Assembly (NCBI GenBank): GCA_002104905.1
Contig: MCFE01000040.1
Location: 124,001-188,000 of the forward strand
DNA: 64,000 nucleotides
Direction: 5' to 3'
DNA from: Basidiobolus meristosporus CBS 931.73
Taxonomy: Eukaryota > Fungi > Basidiobolomycota
Both the position numbers and the translations under genes were made by a program. The notes under the pieces are model-generated. The model did no database searches, was not told the origin of the DNA, and was given only the letters and a program-made list of their open reading frames with translations. Below are positions 23,504 to 38,166 of this stretch, piece by piece. How positions within the stretch are numbered: the first letter of the stretch is position 1; each line of letters begins with the position of its first letter.

Positions 23504-26028
23504 CTTAGGGATTTCCCATTCATTGCCCTGATAAATTCACGACGTTTCCCCAAACTTATGAAAATTTATATCGAAGCAGAGTCAAATCTAATGGATACTC
23601 CAACAATTTCCTTCTTGGATTGGAGCCTGGGGATGAGAATTTAACCAGGAATTAATCACCATTAGTAACCCAGTTTAATTTTTTGGCTTTACCATAGCGA
23701 TATGTTCAAAACTGCTGGGAGTCAAGAGCGCTACTATGTTGACTTGATGCTGCCAACTTAGTACGCTTACCTCGAAATATCTCGAGAGACGCAGGTTAAA
23801 TCGACCAGCCGAATCCCCCATTCGGATTGAGCTCTAAGTCACAAGTGGTTTTAGAAGTTGGTGTATTCAAATGATGGTGAGTTCGGTCGATATGCCGAAG
23901 TTGAGTTTTCCGAAGGTTATGTTCTGACAAAGGGAAGTCTATTTCGCTCAACCGTGGCCCCTACGTCATGACATGAGGTGGGCTTCATATCTTGGACAGA
24001 GCAATAAACCGTTCTCAGAGGCCAGCTGTCCCCAAGTCGACAATACCCGGCCGCCCAACGATTTCGAAATCACGCAAGTCCCCTCTACAACCATCCACCG
24101 GATCGAAATATAAAACATGGCCAAACGTATGCCAAAGTGGAGATATGAAGAGTTAGTGGGCTTTTCTGACCACATCCCCGGACAATAAACCTAGTAATTT
24201 GCTGAGCCACTCGCGATATCTTCACAGACCCTCACCAGCCAAGGTATTCCCAGGGAAGCAACGGTACCCGGGTAGCTCCGAACGCTGAGACATTACCAAG
24301 AAAGCCATGTTCCCATGCAGGCTCGGTAGCAAAACCGTGGCTCAGAACAGCTATTCCCAATGCACAGGCTGATACGAAAGTTACACTGGCTAGATCGAAC
24401 ATGCCACAATACTGAAATTGTCAGCGATGAGTGGGGATTGATTTTGAATCAGCTCTTCTGCGCAAGGACGCACTGGGTTTGCAGTTGCTTTTTCGGATTG
24501 GGGCTTTTACTTGTGGGTGACCCAGCAGGGAAACCTTTGAAACATCGTTGTCATGAGGCCCAACAAATCGAGTGGTGCATGGTCAGATATGGCGGCAGAG
24601 TCCGGATATAGCTAACAATCTAATATAATAGGCCTCCGTTGATTTCTGTCTGAAGTGCTGGGATTCGGTCATATGAATCGGTGGCGAGTGCTCTCCCAGA
24701 GCCAAAAACTCACCCAGGGCGATTCCGCAAACCAACTCTAAATCCTAAAACCAGAGGTTTCATATCGCCATCAACATCGTTGGCCCATGGGTGGGGAATC
24801 TTACCCAAGAACAGTGATCTGTCTGAGTTGCTTGTACTGTACAGAGGTCAGCTTGGCTCGCAGTCCAGCCAAACATAGCTCACAAGCATGTAGGCTATGG
24901 ACAGGAGTTCACAAATAAATGGCGAATCCCACTGTGATCCTATCAGCACACTCCGTCTGCAGTGGTAAATCTGTATTCTAGGCTGAGGACGATTACCCAG
25001 ACACTGGTTCACTTGCTATGCAAGTATCTGAGTTCTCCAACCAGATGTAAGTTCTTTGATTGCTGCTCTGTAACATCAGGTTGGCGTCTAGTTGGCTAAT
25101 TCTTATTCTATTAACATGGTCATTTGAACCATCAATAACCTATTATATCCACCCTCACGAATCCAATAGACTGGATCCATAACCCTTAGCGGTATTCACG
25201 CGTTCAGCCCTGCATTGCACCATCCCACACCGCCACTGACCAAACACACGATGCATACAATCTGCTCTGGGAAGATAAGAATGGCAACCGAAAGCCCGAA
25301 TTCGGTATATTCTCTTGCCATCCTTTCGGAGTCTGCCAGCGGTTTCCAGATTTCGATTAACGTTTCAAGGGCTACCGAGTAGTTTACTAGTAACTGAGTT
25401 CGGACGAACGAGTATGGAAACTGGCCCAAAGTAGGCAAGATCGTTTTGGAAATCCATCGAAAAATCACTCTAAGCCTCCTTGGATACGACGAACGCGATC
25501 TAGAAGCCAGTGGAGAGCCATCATTTCCGTCAACCTCAGCTTGATGTTCGCGCTACCATGGAATTCTAGATTCGGGCCATGCTGCCAACACACTCTGGCT
25601 ATCTCTTCGCCATTTATGGTCTCCATGCTGGTGTACCAAATCCATTTCTCACCCGCACCTCTTGGATTAAGCATTTTTATTGATTTTCTCAGGGATTCTA
25701 TCGAGTTGAAGGGAACAGTCAGTTCTTACACATATTTCAATTTGATTGTCATATTCTACTAATATAATGCCATTAAGCTCAATTAATACTAATGCAATAT
25801 AATATGTACATGATGAGCAACTTGGTGGGTTTCGGGATGAAGGAAGGGTGCTGCTATGTCAGATGAATAGCACCGATGCGACAATATAGGTCGGGAACTT
25901 GGAGGCCAACCCATATGAAATGCAATGTATATAGTCACATGCAATAGGTGCTACAGAGATGTTCAGAGGTTGAATCAACGGTGTCATCAAGCACGTAGCA
26001 GGCTAAATGACAACCTCTACGATCAACT

Positions 26029-26730
26029 CTACATCGGGGGCCGAGGGTCGGTGGTGGGCCCAGGTGCTTGCGGATCCTCCGGTGGATGGTAGAGTAGATG
26101 ACGATGGAGGTGCTCCATACGGTCAAACTTCATGTTGCATCCAAGTACTTGACAAGGATATATTGTGGAGGAAGTGGTCCATGGATTATATGAATATGTA
26201 ACAGATGTGAATGAGAGTTCCTCTAAGCTCGGGAGGGACGGCACCAATTGCCCGTGCGCCCCAGGACTGGATAGTGAAGGAAGTGGCCGCTCATCCATGT
26301 TAAATATCGAGCGTATACTAGGCAAAGTTGGGCTGGTCACCATCGGAGTGCTGGCATTGGGCGCCTGTGAGTTGCCCAGGTCGGTTTGTATATGGAGTTG
26401 ACCCTTGTTCGCTTGTGTGGTGGCGACAGGATCGCGAACGCGATTGTATTTAGGAGGCTTTTCGGTAGCAGTGGGTGAAGCCGGCTCTCTCTTGCGCTTC
26501 ACATGATCACTGAGGGAGCTACTGCGCACATGCGGAAGGCCGCCTTGAGAATGCGAAAGGCATGTTTCACAATACTCTGAATCACAACGTGAAAAGGTGT
26601 TCATGTGATGCTCTAATACGTGCCTTTTCACCAGATCGTAGGCTCTAAACTTACAACTACAATTTCCGAACGGACACGAATACCAAGTGTCGGGGATTTG
26701 GCGGGGATGAACTTTATCAGCAACTTGCAT
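26029..26730 (-). CDS. C2H2 zinc-finger protein (probable transcription factor)
   Basis: Fingers YSCPFGNCSCKFRAYDLVKRHVLEHH and YPCQVLGCNMKFDRMEHLHRHLLYH, with basic KRKR...KPPKYNR between them. First ATG at 26730; an upstream exon is not excluded. Confidence 0.8.
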   Translation of the reverse strand: MQVADKVHPRQIPDTWYSCPFGNCSCKFRAYDLVKRHVLEHHMNTFSRCDSEYCETCLSHSQGGLPHVRSSSLSDHVKRKREPASPTATEKPPKYNRVRDPVATTQANKGQLHIQTDLGNSQAPNASTPMVTSPTLPSIRSIFNMDERPLPSLSSPGAHGQLVPSLPSLEELSFTSVTYSYNPWTTSSTIYPCQVLGCNMKFDRMEHLHRHLLYHPPEDPQAPGPTTDPRPPM

Positions 26731-28451
26731 TTTCCGTGGAGTAGCGGTTCTGGTGTCCGAGGGTTTATGTGAATGGGTAAGGGAGGAAAAGGGAGATCTA
26801 AAAAACTTGCGGAAAACTGGTCGCGTAAGCGTTAGAAGCGACAAAAGAGTTCACCAAAAAAATAAAGAAATACCTGGTATGCTCGGAAGCTATGCGAAGT
26901 GGGTCTAATATGTATAAGGTTCACCAGTTTATATTCAATTAATAAAAATGATAGTACACGGTCTTAATGACTGAGCAAGTTACAGGTGAGCTTTCATCAC
27001 GGACAACCAATTCTTATATACTTAGCAGGTAGATCTCCTGAGTCCCGTCGATTGCCCCGGGGTAAGAAATCAAGGATTTGTTTGACCTCATATTAGGGTG
27101 AAAGGATGTGCACAATTGAATGGAGTTGCAAAGAAGGCCATCGTAAAAATATAATTCCAGCAACCTCAACACCTCCAATCATGAAAACTAAGGCTTGGAC
27201 TAAAAAGATCTGGATCCCGAATAATCCACAATGAAAGGGAGACTCTCACCCTATATTGGTTGATTGGTGAAGCTCGATTTTCTCGGAACTCAAGTCAAAA
27301 AACATCATATATGAAAGGCATGCCAATACCAGGGCCGATACCAGGAGGTTGATAAATCTGGGTATTTTCCGATAACAAATATACGCGTCTTCAAAGTATC
27401 ATTCATAGCAATCGTCACCACTGCGATGATGGCGGATTCCAGCTGCTTCGTCACATTACACAAATATAGGTCCCCCTCCAGTTACTGATAACGTGTCTGT
27501 GAAAATTATTCGGATTCCACGTCAAATATGCCAACCGTTCTCTTGCTTGTTTGCACATTGCACAAGACAGTCACAGCTGAATGGGTGAGCCGCTTTATTC
27601 GATTATACCGATTTTGGTTGTGACCTAGGCACAGGAAGATCAGTGTAACCATATTGGTCAGATATTTTTTTCAGAGCTCATGTCGTATTTAGTAACGGTT
27701 TGACACAGCCGCCGATACTGTAGCGTTTTGTTTGGTACGATGAGAGAGGATATTCTCATGGATGAGGCCGGCGCGAATATCGACAGTAAATCCAAGTCCC
27801 AAACCGGCATCTTATGATGAAGCAACCTCGCTGCTGGAGTAATATGTACCTGTAAATTTGCAAAGTCCAGGTAAACCATTCTGTTCAATTTGTTCAACCG
27901 AACGATTTACAGGACATATGACAATGCAATCGCAAATACAGACTTGTTTGACATTAATATCGTTAAGGTTTCAGAACAAAATTAAAAACCAAGCTATATT
28001 AGTACGAGATTAGGTAAACTAACAGGTATGATAAATGTGTGATTAGCGGGCACATTAGTCCTTACACTCTCGCAGTTGCACCGATAAAGCGGAGTGTTAC
28101 CAAGGTGACGTTGCCACTAGCTTCAATTACCTTTAATAGAGTGGCAATGTAAATACACGAATATTAAGGATCAAATCCTCGGATAAAGCTACTTGGCATA
28201 GCCATATTAGATGATGGAAGTATAGATAGCGCTAATGGTTCTGGTGATGTAACGGTGGACGGAGTTAGGTGTGTGCATATTTTAAGGGGTGTCGTAGAGT
28301 CAAGAGACAAAAAATACTATAAAGCGGTAGAGATTAAATATCGCTGATCTAATACGGCCAAGTCTTAGATAATTCAGTATTGTTACTTGAACTGGATCGG
28401 TCTCTACTCACTCGTGGTTTTAAGCACGTATTTGACTGCTCAAGCGTGCCG

Positions 28452-31754
<3,303 letters not shown>

Positions 31755-32453
31755 CCTTTATGTGCTATATTTTGGTAAGCTAAAGCGAAAAGCCTTCGAC
31801 AAATATGAAGCGTGACGAGCAAAGTAGACGCTTGTTATAGGTGCAGAGTTGGATTGAACGGTGAGAGACCGGAGCCTAGTGGAAATACCTAAATATCATG
31901 ATAATACAGGAATAAAAGTTTTGTTTGCGCATAGAGTAAAATTCCGACTTGATGGAAATCAGGGAATCGTCATCTCTATACACATCTTCATCATCCCTTA
32001 GCTATGGGGTATTGGTATTAGGTGTTAGAGCGGCTTTACTGATTTTGAAACTTCGGTGTCGCAAGAAATGAACTGTCATGGTGTGTGATAAATTCCCCAT
32101 GTGAAACTACCGACATGCGTTATTTTAGGTTATAGGTTAAAACGTATCCAATGTTGAAATGCGTCGGAGGAAATCGATGTTTGAATCCATTTAGAGGCGG
32201 AGATAAGTCCGAAGCCGTTTTAGGGTTAGCCCGTACGGTTCATGTGCTCTACTGCCTTCCTATATTGGTGAGCATTGATCCACCAGGGAGATTACCATCC
32301 ATCTGATTAAACCTGCCAAATAATCATATCTAATTGCCATTATGACTCGGCATCAAAGATATCTATGAGATTAAATTGAGATCATCAACACCAATATATC
32401 CTTTTATAAGTGCATCTCTGGCTTCGAAAGCCGAGCCGTCTCTTAGAAATCCC

Positions 32454-32894
32454 ATGTCACTGTACTTATCCTTTGTATCTACTCTGCGCAAGGGAAGCCT
32501 TAGATCCCCCGTCCAGTTGGTGTGTCGCATGTCATCCACCACCACCCAACAAAAGCTCCATGAAGCGCAAGAAGAATACCGAAAGGTAGCCAGTAAACTG
32601 GCTAAGCAAATAGGCGCCTCTCCCAACGACGAGCTTATTGAGCGCCTCGAAATCGACCTTGCGATTGCTCGCCAGAAGGTTAAGCGTTTTCAACTTTTGG
32701 CCGACAAAGCCTCCCCCAAAGAAGAGACGCGCGGTAGTCTCAACGCTCGCGAGTTTCTGGTTGCTAGTTTAAGTGGCGAGATATCTCCCGAAATGGTGAA
32801 GAATGTGCAGGAAAAGATTCCTGATGTCAAGATAACCCCCACCTACACTAACCTGAAGGATATTGCCAAGGGCTTATCGCAGGAGGTGAAATGA
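32454..32894 (+). CDS. Hypothetical protein (~146 aa) with a mitochondrial-presequence-like N-terminus and coiled coil
   Basis: Uninterrupted ORF. MSLYLSFVSTLRKGSLRSPVQLVCRMSSTT has no acidic residues; it is followed by helical KLHEAQEEYRKVASKL...LEIDLAIARQKVKRFQLL. It lies head-to-head with the HECT gene. Confidence 0.7.
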   Translation: MSLYLSFVSTLRKGSLRSPVQLVCRMSSTTTQQKLHEAQEEYRKVASKLAKQIGASPNDELIERLEIDLAIARQKVKRFQLLADKASPKEETRGSLNAREFLVASLSGEISPEMVKNVQEKIPDVKITPTYTNLKDIAKGLSQEVK

Positions 32895-33112
32895 TCGGCC
32901 TATCCATTAATCACCATCAGTCCAATATTTATTAAACTATCGTAATACACTATGCTTTGATCTGAGAACTCTGGTTTGATGTACGTGCACCAGAGCAAGT
33001 TGCTTTACAAAGCCGAGGAAACCCTGCTTGGAGCCAATGGTTACCAAGTGAGTGTTGGGGTGGTCTTTCTGTGTGGGATATGGATATTTATTGAGAATTC
33101 ACGAACATCAGG

Positions 33113-34659
33113 CTACACTGTTCGCTCTGGTGCTATGAATTTCCATAGATTTTTCAATCGACCTTCATTGTAGATGTTGGAAACTTGGTCGAAATGCAAC
33201 ACTTGTGACATCTCGTTCTCCGTAGACGCCTGGGATTTCATAAAGAGACGCCCTTCATCAACTGCCTCCTTGATGTCTTCCCATTTAAATGATTCATTGG
33301 TTGTAGTGCCATCGGACAAAGTGTATAGATGGGCCAGGAGGAAGACACTAACGATGATGGCACACAGCACGGCAAAAATCCCCAAAGCTCCCAGGTGGAC
33401 GTTTTCGTTGATTACCATCTGAAGTGAAAAGTATCAGCTCTGTGTAGAGAAGATGATCGTCATGCACAAACACTCACCGTTAGTGCTTTGAACAGTGTAA
33501 ATTGTACCGGCTTCTTTGTTTCTGCGTCCCAATACCAGATGTGCAAAAGATTTTGCCTCGTAATTTCCCCAAACAGAATCTTTGCTATAATGACAGTGGC
33601 ATATATACAGGTAACGGCGGTAGAGAGTAAAAAGGCTATAAAGTAGCGATGGTTGTTTAGCCCAACACAATTGTTCACCCATATACCTAGCGAGCTTGTG
33701 AGTGAGATGGAGGTTTAACCAGATGGTGGCTTAAGAAACCTACAGTGGTGGTCGGATCTAGCAATACACGCTTTGCACATCGAGCAGTGCTTCGATCGAG
33801 CAGGCCTAATGGGAATAGACAGCTTAGTAAGTAATCATCTCTGATGTCCATATTTTCCTTGATACACACTTTTGAAAGCTACATGTTGTGCAGATTTTCG
33901 GCTTGAAGATGATGTAGTCATATTCGTACATCTTGCAAGCACTCTGAAGATTACCCTCATTTATAATGCCCGGGTTACTGAAGGAGATCAAGGCAAAAGT
34001 CAAGTACGTGGCAAAAACCACCGGTGGGATGAAATATCTAGAGAACGCGATATTTTAAATCTCAGTGTTTTGCAAGTGGTGCGTTCAAAGCAATCTTCTA
34101 CCTGTGGATTTCACTTGCATACGGGCCTGGAATCTTTGGCCATCCGTCTTTGAAAAAGACATACACACCAACCGTAAGAAGAGCCAAATAGAGGATCTGT
34201 CGGATTTTGGTTATTGACAAGAAACGAAATTCTGAAATTGGATTGGCGTTACTTGTACTAACGGATTGGCCTCAAATGCTACGTACGAGAATATCTTCAC
34301 TAAGAATCCGTACAATCTACGGCCTAATAGCCTTTTAATCCCATCTCTATGCGGAAAGTGTGTGCATCTGCGTTAGAAGTCCAGAAACAACTTATAAATG
34401 CAAGCACGTAGATCTACTGACTGAAGGATGTCTAGAAAATCCTCTGTCAAAAATTGATGCAAACGAGCTACCCAAGTATTTCTGAAAAATGTGCCGTTTA
34501 GAAACTAAGAAAAACTTGTCGAAATAGAAAGTATGACTGCAATTATATGTACCTAAACCTTTGGGACGGTCCTAGGAGCATCAAACAGACAAATAGGACA
34601 AGAGCCACTATGGCTATAATAAGAAGTACTAGGCCCTTTGAGAAGATAGTTGAGTGCAT
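33113..34659 (-). CDS. SWF1: DHHC palmitoyltransferase (Swf1/ZDHHC4-like), multi-exon
   Basis: [12 protein letters not shown]...WPKIPG; [29 protein letters not shown]...[12 protein letters not shown]; TTNESFKW; [11 protein letters not shown]. Confidence 0.9.
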
Positions 34660-34988
34660 ATGAAGTACTTTGAACAAAGGTAAAGATGTATACCATAAGT
34701 TGAAGGATCAGTTGTCAAGATGCGTTACTTTTCACCATATACCCCAACTTACTCCGAAGTTAGGTGTTCACTCGAGCTTACTCAAAAATTACTCCCAAAA
34801 TTTATAGAATCACCGCCCTTGACACAAATTGCATGTGATGTCAAGTGAAGTCACATCATGGGAATTACATACAACTTTACTGCAATATATTTGATAGGAA
34901 GCCCAAGACATATGCGTTAAATAGTTGAAACAAATCTTCAATAAGTGTACGTTTAGCAGAATACGTTTTCAAATTACAAGTAGTCAAT

Positions 34989-35725
34989 TCATTCAGATTC
35001 ACTCTCGGAGTTGCTGGGGACAGGCGCTTTACGGGTGCGCCTTTTGGGTGCTGCATTCTTTGATTTCTTCTCAGTGGGTTTGGATTCTTCTTCACTATCG
35101 GACTTGGGAGCCTCCTTGGCTTTTTTGCCTCGCTTTTTTGGGGCTTCATCCTCGGCAGGTGCTGTATTTTTGGTTGCCCTGGAACGCTTCTTGGGCATCG
35201 GAGCATCCTTTTTAGCAGTTTCCTTTGGGTTGCTCTCTTGATCTTGATCCTCGTCGTCTTTATTGGGAAGGGACCTTGTGCGAACAGCTTCCTCCACTAT
35301 CTCCTTATCTTCAAAAAGAAGTTCTTCAAATCCATCCAAATTCTCTACCTCATCAATACTCTCCAAGATTTTGGGAGTAACACAGTTCCTAAAAAACTGA
35401 TTAACGCAAATCCGCAATTGCTACACAACATGCTCTTGGCTTTACCAATGCCTCCAGAAAGTTTGCTCCATTCCATTCCGTTCAGTAACTGAGCCCAAAC
35501 GTAATGCTCCTTTCTGATAGACAATATGTGAGAATCCCATCAACATAAATCAAGTGGTTAGCTTGGTCAACAACTTACAGGAATCACTTTATCTACACAG
35601 CTCTTTGGTCCTTTACATTTGGAGCGACCGCTACGAGCATACTAATTGAATTTTAGGGCAAATCAGAATGTATATTACCTACAAGAATGGCTTTCTAGTT
35701 TTCGTACCTCAACGACATAGGGCAT
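34989..35725 (-). CDS. PARP-type zinc-finger protein with a K/E-rich tail, 4 exons
   Basis: Spliced MPYVVE-YARSGRSKCKGPKSCVDKVIP-KGALRLG...FWRHW-NCVT...LDGFEELLFEDKEIV matches zf-PARP. There is no catalytic PARP domain. Confidence 0.88.
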
Positions 35726-36403
35726 CGTATTTATTTAGGCCAAGTGTATGAGGTTGTAAAGACCTACCAGGTCTCTTTTTGTTGGAATTTTGGCAGTTGA
35801 AAAGGGAACTTCATAGCAACCATTCCATTGGTCAAACAAAAGATTTTACTAGTCGAGAGAGCCAATAAATCTATTGAACTACATAGTGTAAACAACTTCA
35901 AGTATTTGTTTCCAACATTAGCATTAATTTATCGGTGACCTAACACACGATGTTGAGTCAGTAATCTCAAACATAACGTGTATGCTTGTTGTATGGATAT
36001 ATGTTGAGGGCACCAGATTAGCTAGCATTCAAACAGAACGAATCCCATTTGTTTTGATTGCTGACGCTAGCCGGATTTATGTTGGTAATGATGGTCGCTT
36101 CCAACAGACCGCGTAGTTCAAAACCTTCAAGCAACCAGTGCGCACAACTAACCATGGGTGATCTTTGAGAGCCGTTAGTCAACAGCTCATACTAATGTAA
36201 ATTGTGCAGTATCCGAAGAAATACGAGATGGCAGTGCATCCAGATCAGGCCAAATTTTATGGGCTGCCCCGGGTCCAATTGAATTTTCTGAGCCAACTGG
36301 AATTGAGGAGTAGCAATAAAGGATTTGCCAGTTGGTGAAAAACACTCCTTTCTCTTCTTTGAGTGCAGACGAGTTAGTTGACGCCAGTCAATTCAATATA
36401 ATA

Positions 36404-37091
36404 ATGGTGGGTTTTATCCGTTTAACATGATAATTCGACATTCGTTCATTGAAAACCAAATCAATCCAATCAACAGTAAAAAATGTATCTTAAAAGTTCG
36501 ACATGGCATCCATTCGTAATTTGACTAGATGGCTAACAACGTATATTCTCTATTCAGTCCTCTGAAGCTGCAACCACCTCCACAAACCCTATGCGCGAAT
36601 TGCGCATTGAAAAACTCGTTCTTAACATTTGTGTTGGCGAATCTGGTGATAGACTCACAAGAGCCGCCAAGGTTTTGGAGCAGCTAACTGGTCAAACCCC
36701 TGTTTACTCCAAAGCTCGCTACACTGTTCGTTCATTCAGCATTCGTCGTAACGAAAAGATTGCTGTTCACTGCACCGTTCGTGGCCCTAAGGCTGAGGAA
36801 ATTTTGGAACGTGGTTTAAAGGTTAAGGAGTATGAGCTCAAGAAGTCCAACTTCTCCTCTACCGGAAACTTCGGTTTCGGTATCCAGGAGCATATCGATT
36901 TGGGTATCAAGTACGATCCTTCTATCGGTATCTACGGTATGGACTTCTTTGTGGTTTTGGGCCGTCCCGGTTTCCGTGTCAGCCGTAGAAAGAGATGCCA
37001 AGCTAAGGTTGGTTTCTCTCATCGTGTCACCAAGGAGGAGACTATGAAGTGGTTCAAGCAAAAGTATGATGGTATCATCTTGAACAAATAA
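36404..37091 (+). CDS. RPL11: 60S ribosomal protein L11 (uL5); ATG-only first exon 36404-36406, exon 2 36558-37091
   Basis: [39 protein letters not shown]...[23 protein letters not shown]. The intron GTGGGT...CTAAC...TTCAG keeps the frame. Confidence 0.98.
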
Positions 37092-38166
37092 ATTCACCTC
37101 TCTTACGCATATGATCTTCATTGCTAATACTATAAATAAAAGAGCTCATGCCACTGATATAGATATATCTTGATAAACCAATACAGAACAGACAATGTCC
37201 TTTAGGAACCATAGGGCTCCGGCGTACCTAGGTAGCCGATTTAATGCGCACCAGCTGGCTAATCCAGCGCAGTATAAATTATAATGTAGAGGCTCTAAAA
37301 ACGTCGACAGTGGATATGTTGGCGTCAGATAAGATGTAGTCAGCTGAGTAGCTCACAATCCGAAACGATGTCTGTCGCAAGATTGCTGATGTGTACGAGG
37401 TAACAAAATCCCGAAAGCCCTACAAAAGCTGGGCCGGTCTTGTACATCACCAGTGTAAATGTGTGTCATTTCCTATTGCTACGTATCCAATGTTATTTGA
37501 TTACTGATGTCACAGACAATGATAATGTTTGATTTTATTCGCATTGGAACGCTTGAATCATGTATTCTCCTGACTACCTGTGGGAAGTCCGACGCTTTAT
37601 GGATACTGAAGGACTCAATTTTTGCTGTCAACCACATACATGTCAATGCCCAGTCCGTAAGTGGAATACAAAAATTCCATGATATCCAGGAAGGATATTT
37701 GTTTCATTCACATGAGCTTAGGTTGTTCTGCTGAATGACCGAGTGGACTTAAAAGAATAAATATGACTCGAACTTGGATTTATTGAGTAAGTGGTGGCGA
37801 CTTTGCCATGATTTCCAAAATATCCTGTGCAACTATACGGCCATTGTTTATGGGCCACTGACTACACAAATACCACTTTCATATGCAAATACTGTTGAGT
37901 TGTAATGAGTTCATGTGCATTGCTCGGTGCTGATTGGCTCGCAGCAGTTTGAATCACCAAACTAATATCACCTAGATTCAATTCTCTGAATCCAACAAGT
38001 AAAAAGCAGATTGGGATGCTTTCCAATAGTTACTTTTACATATTCCAGGACTGTTCCTTCCCTTAATTGCGCGAAGCTCAATAGTCAAAGTTACCTGTGG
38101 GTCTCTTGTATCTCTGAAGCATTCCTCCTGATTTTAGATTACCCTCTGAATCGATCAATTTATACC

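Noticed and set aside
36407-36557. Longer-than-usual RPL11 intron as a possible snoRNA host
   Set aside because: No convincing box C/D (RTGATGA/CTGA) or H/ACA arrangement.
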